From IMG/VR virus record IMGVR_UViG_3300037419_000894, positions 10,242-74,241 of that record: DNA of 64,000 nucleotides; one strand, 5' to 3'. Numbering within the stretch: the first letter of the stretch is position 1; each line of letters starts with the position of its first letter. Positions 63,617 through 64,000 of this stretch are shown here, piece by piece. The position numbers were made by a program, and so were the translations under genes. The DNA is from a virus. Its lineage: Duplodnaviria > Caudoviricetes. A model generated the notes under the pieces. The model was not told where the DNA came from, searched no databases, and worked only from the letters and a program-made list of their open reading frames with translations.

Positions 63617-63736
63617 TGTCCCGAGCCGACTCCATCGCTGTTAGGATCGTTGCAGACGCGGTGTGAACTCAGATCGGGCATGCCTTTTAGACATTTAGTC
63701 TGGCTGGCCCACTGCACCGCGTTGCTGCTCGGGACA
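63617..63736 (-). ncRNA. putative 120-nt structured ncRNA
   Basis: 10-bp perfect closing stem TGTCCCGAGC/GCTCGGGACA enclosing nested helices; starts 7 nt after a -10 box. Confidence 0.6.
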
Positions 63737-63742
63737 GGTGTT

Positions 63743-63771
63743 ACTTTAATGCATGCTTTGCGCTAACGCAA
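63743..63771 (-). promoter_or_regulatory. sigma70-like promoter/operator, copy 3 of TTGCGTTAGCGCAAA
   Basis: TTGCGT-17 nt-TAAAGT on - strand, upstream of the ncRNA/tRNA cluster. Confidence 0.65.
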
Positions 63772-64000
63772 ATGAATTTTTAACAAGGTGTGGTAGTGCG
63801 TGTGATTGTGTTTTATTTGCAACAGGTGAATTTGCGGTCCAAGGTGGCCACTTGTGTGGATCTGTGGTATATACGCGCCCGCGGACGTTTTATTAGTTTG
63901 CATCAGGTCAGAGATGGGATTTATTTTATTTTTTTTTTTGGGATGGGGGTTCAACAAGACTAGAGGGGTATACCCTTTTATACTGTTGATAGTCTATCAG

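Noticed and set aside
63916-63940. T-rich run near the right end as a genome terminus or terminator
   Set aside because: No adjacent hairpin and no matching terminal repeat at the left end visible; termini cannot be determined from this window.

Overview
The window looks like a near-complete genome of a tailed dsDNA phage with siphovirus architecture. No integrase or CI-type repressor is recognisable, so it is probably lytic. The host is a Gram-negative bacterium, most likely a betaproteobacterium (Oxalobacteraceae-like; inference). Two arms converge at about 32.7 kb. The + strand arm carries small early ORFs, an SF1 helicase, a JAB/RadC protein and a DUF6527-like protein. It also carries replication and recombination genes (primase-polymerase, ligase, AAA ATPase, SSB, Cas4/RecB-like nuclease, SF2 helicase, beta-clamp-like protein, family B polymerase) and a 7-deazaguanine DNA-modification cluster (queE, queC, queD, folE, dpdA) followed by a NADAR gene. 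The - strand arm carries a tRNA/ncRNA cluster, thyA, a minimal kinase-like protein, terminase, portal, head, neck, tail and lysis genes. Signals the gene list does not explain: (1) the 9-mer TGACCACAC, present in at least 41 exact copies on both strands, in all reading frames and between genes; (2) a right-end RNA cassette with a 120-nt structured RNA, one normal tRNA-Phe and two tRNA-like RNAs with remodelled anticodon arms; (3) a QueC that has lost all four Zn-ligand cysteines; (4) two adjacent proteins sharing an unannotated C-terminal domain, candidates for binding the motif. All family assignments come from motif recognition by eye; no database search was run.
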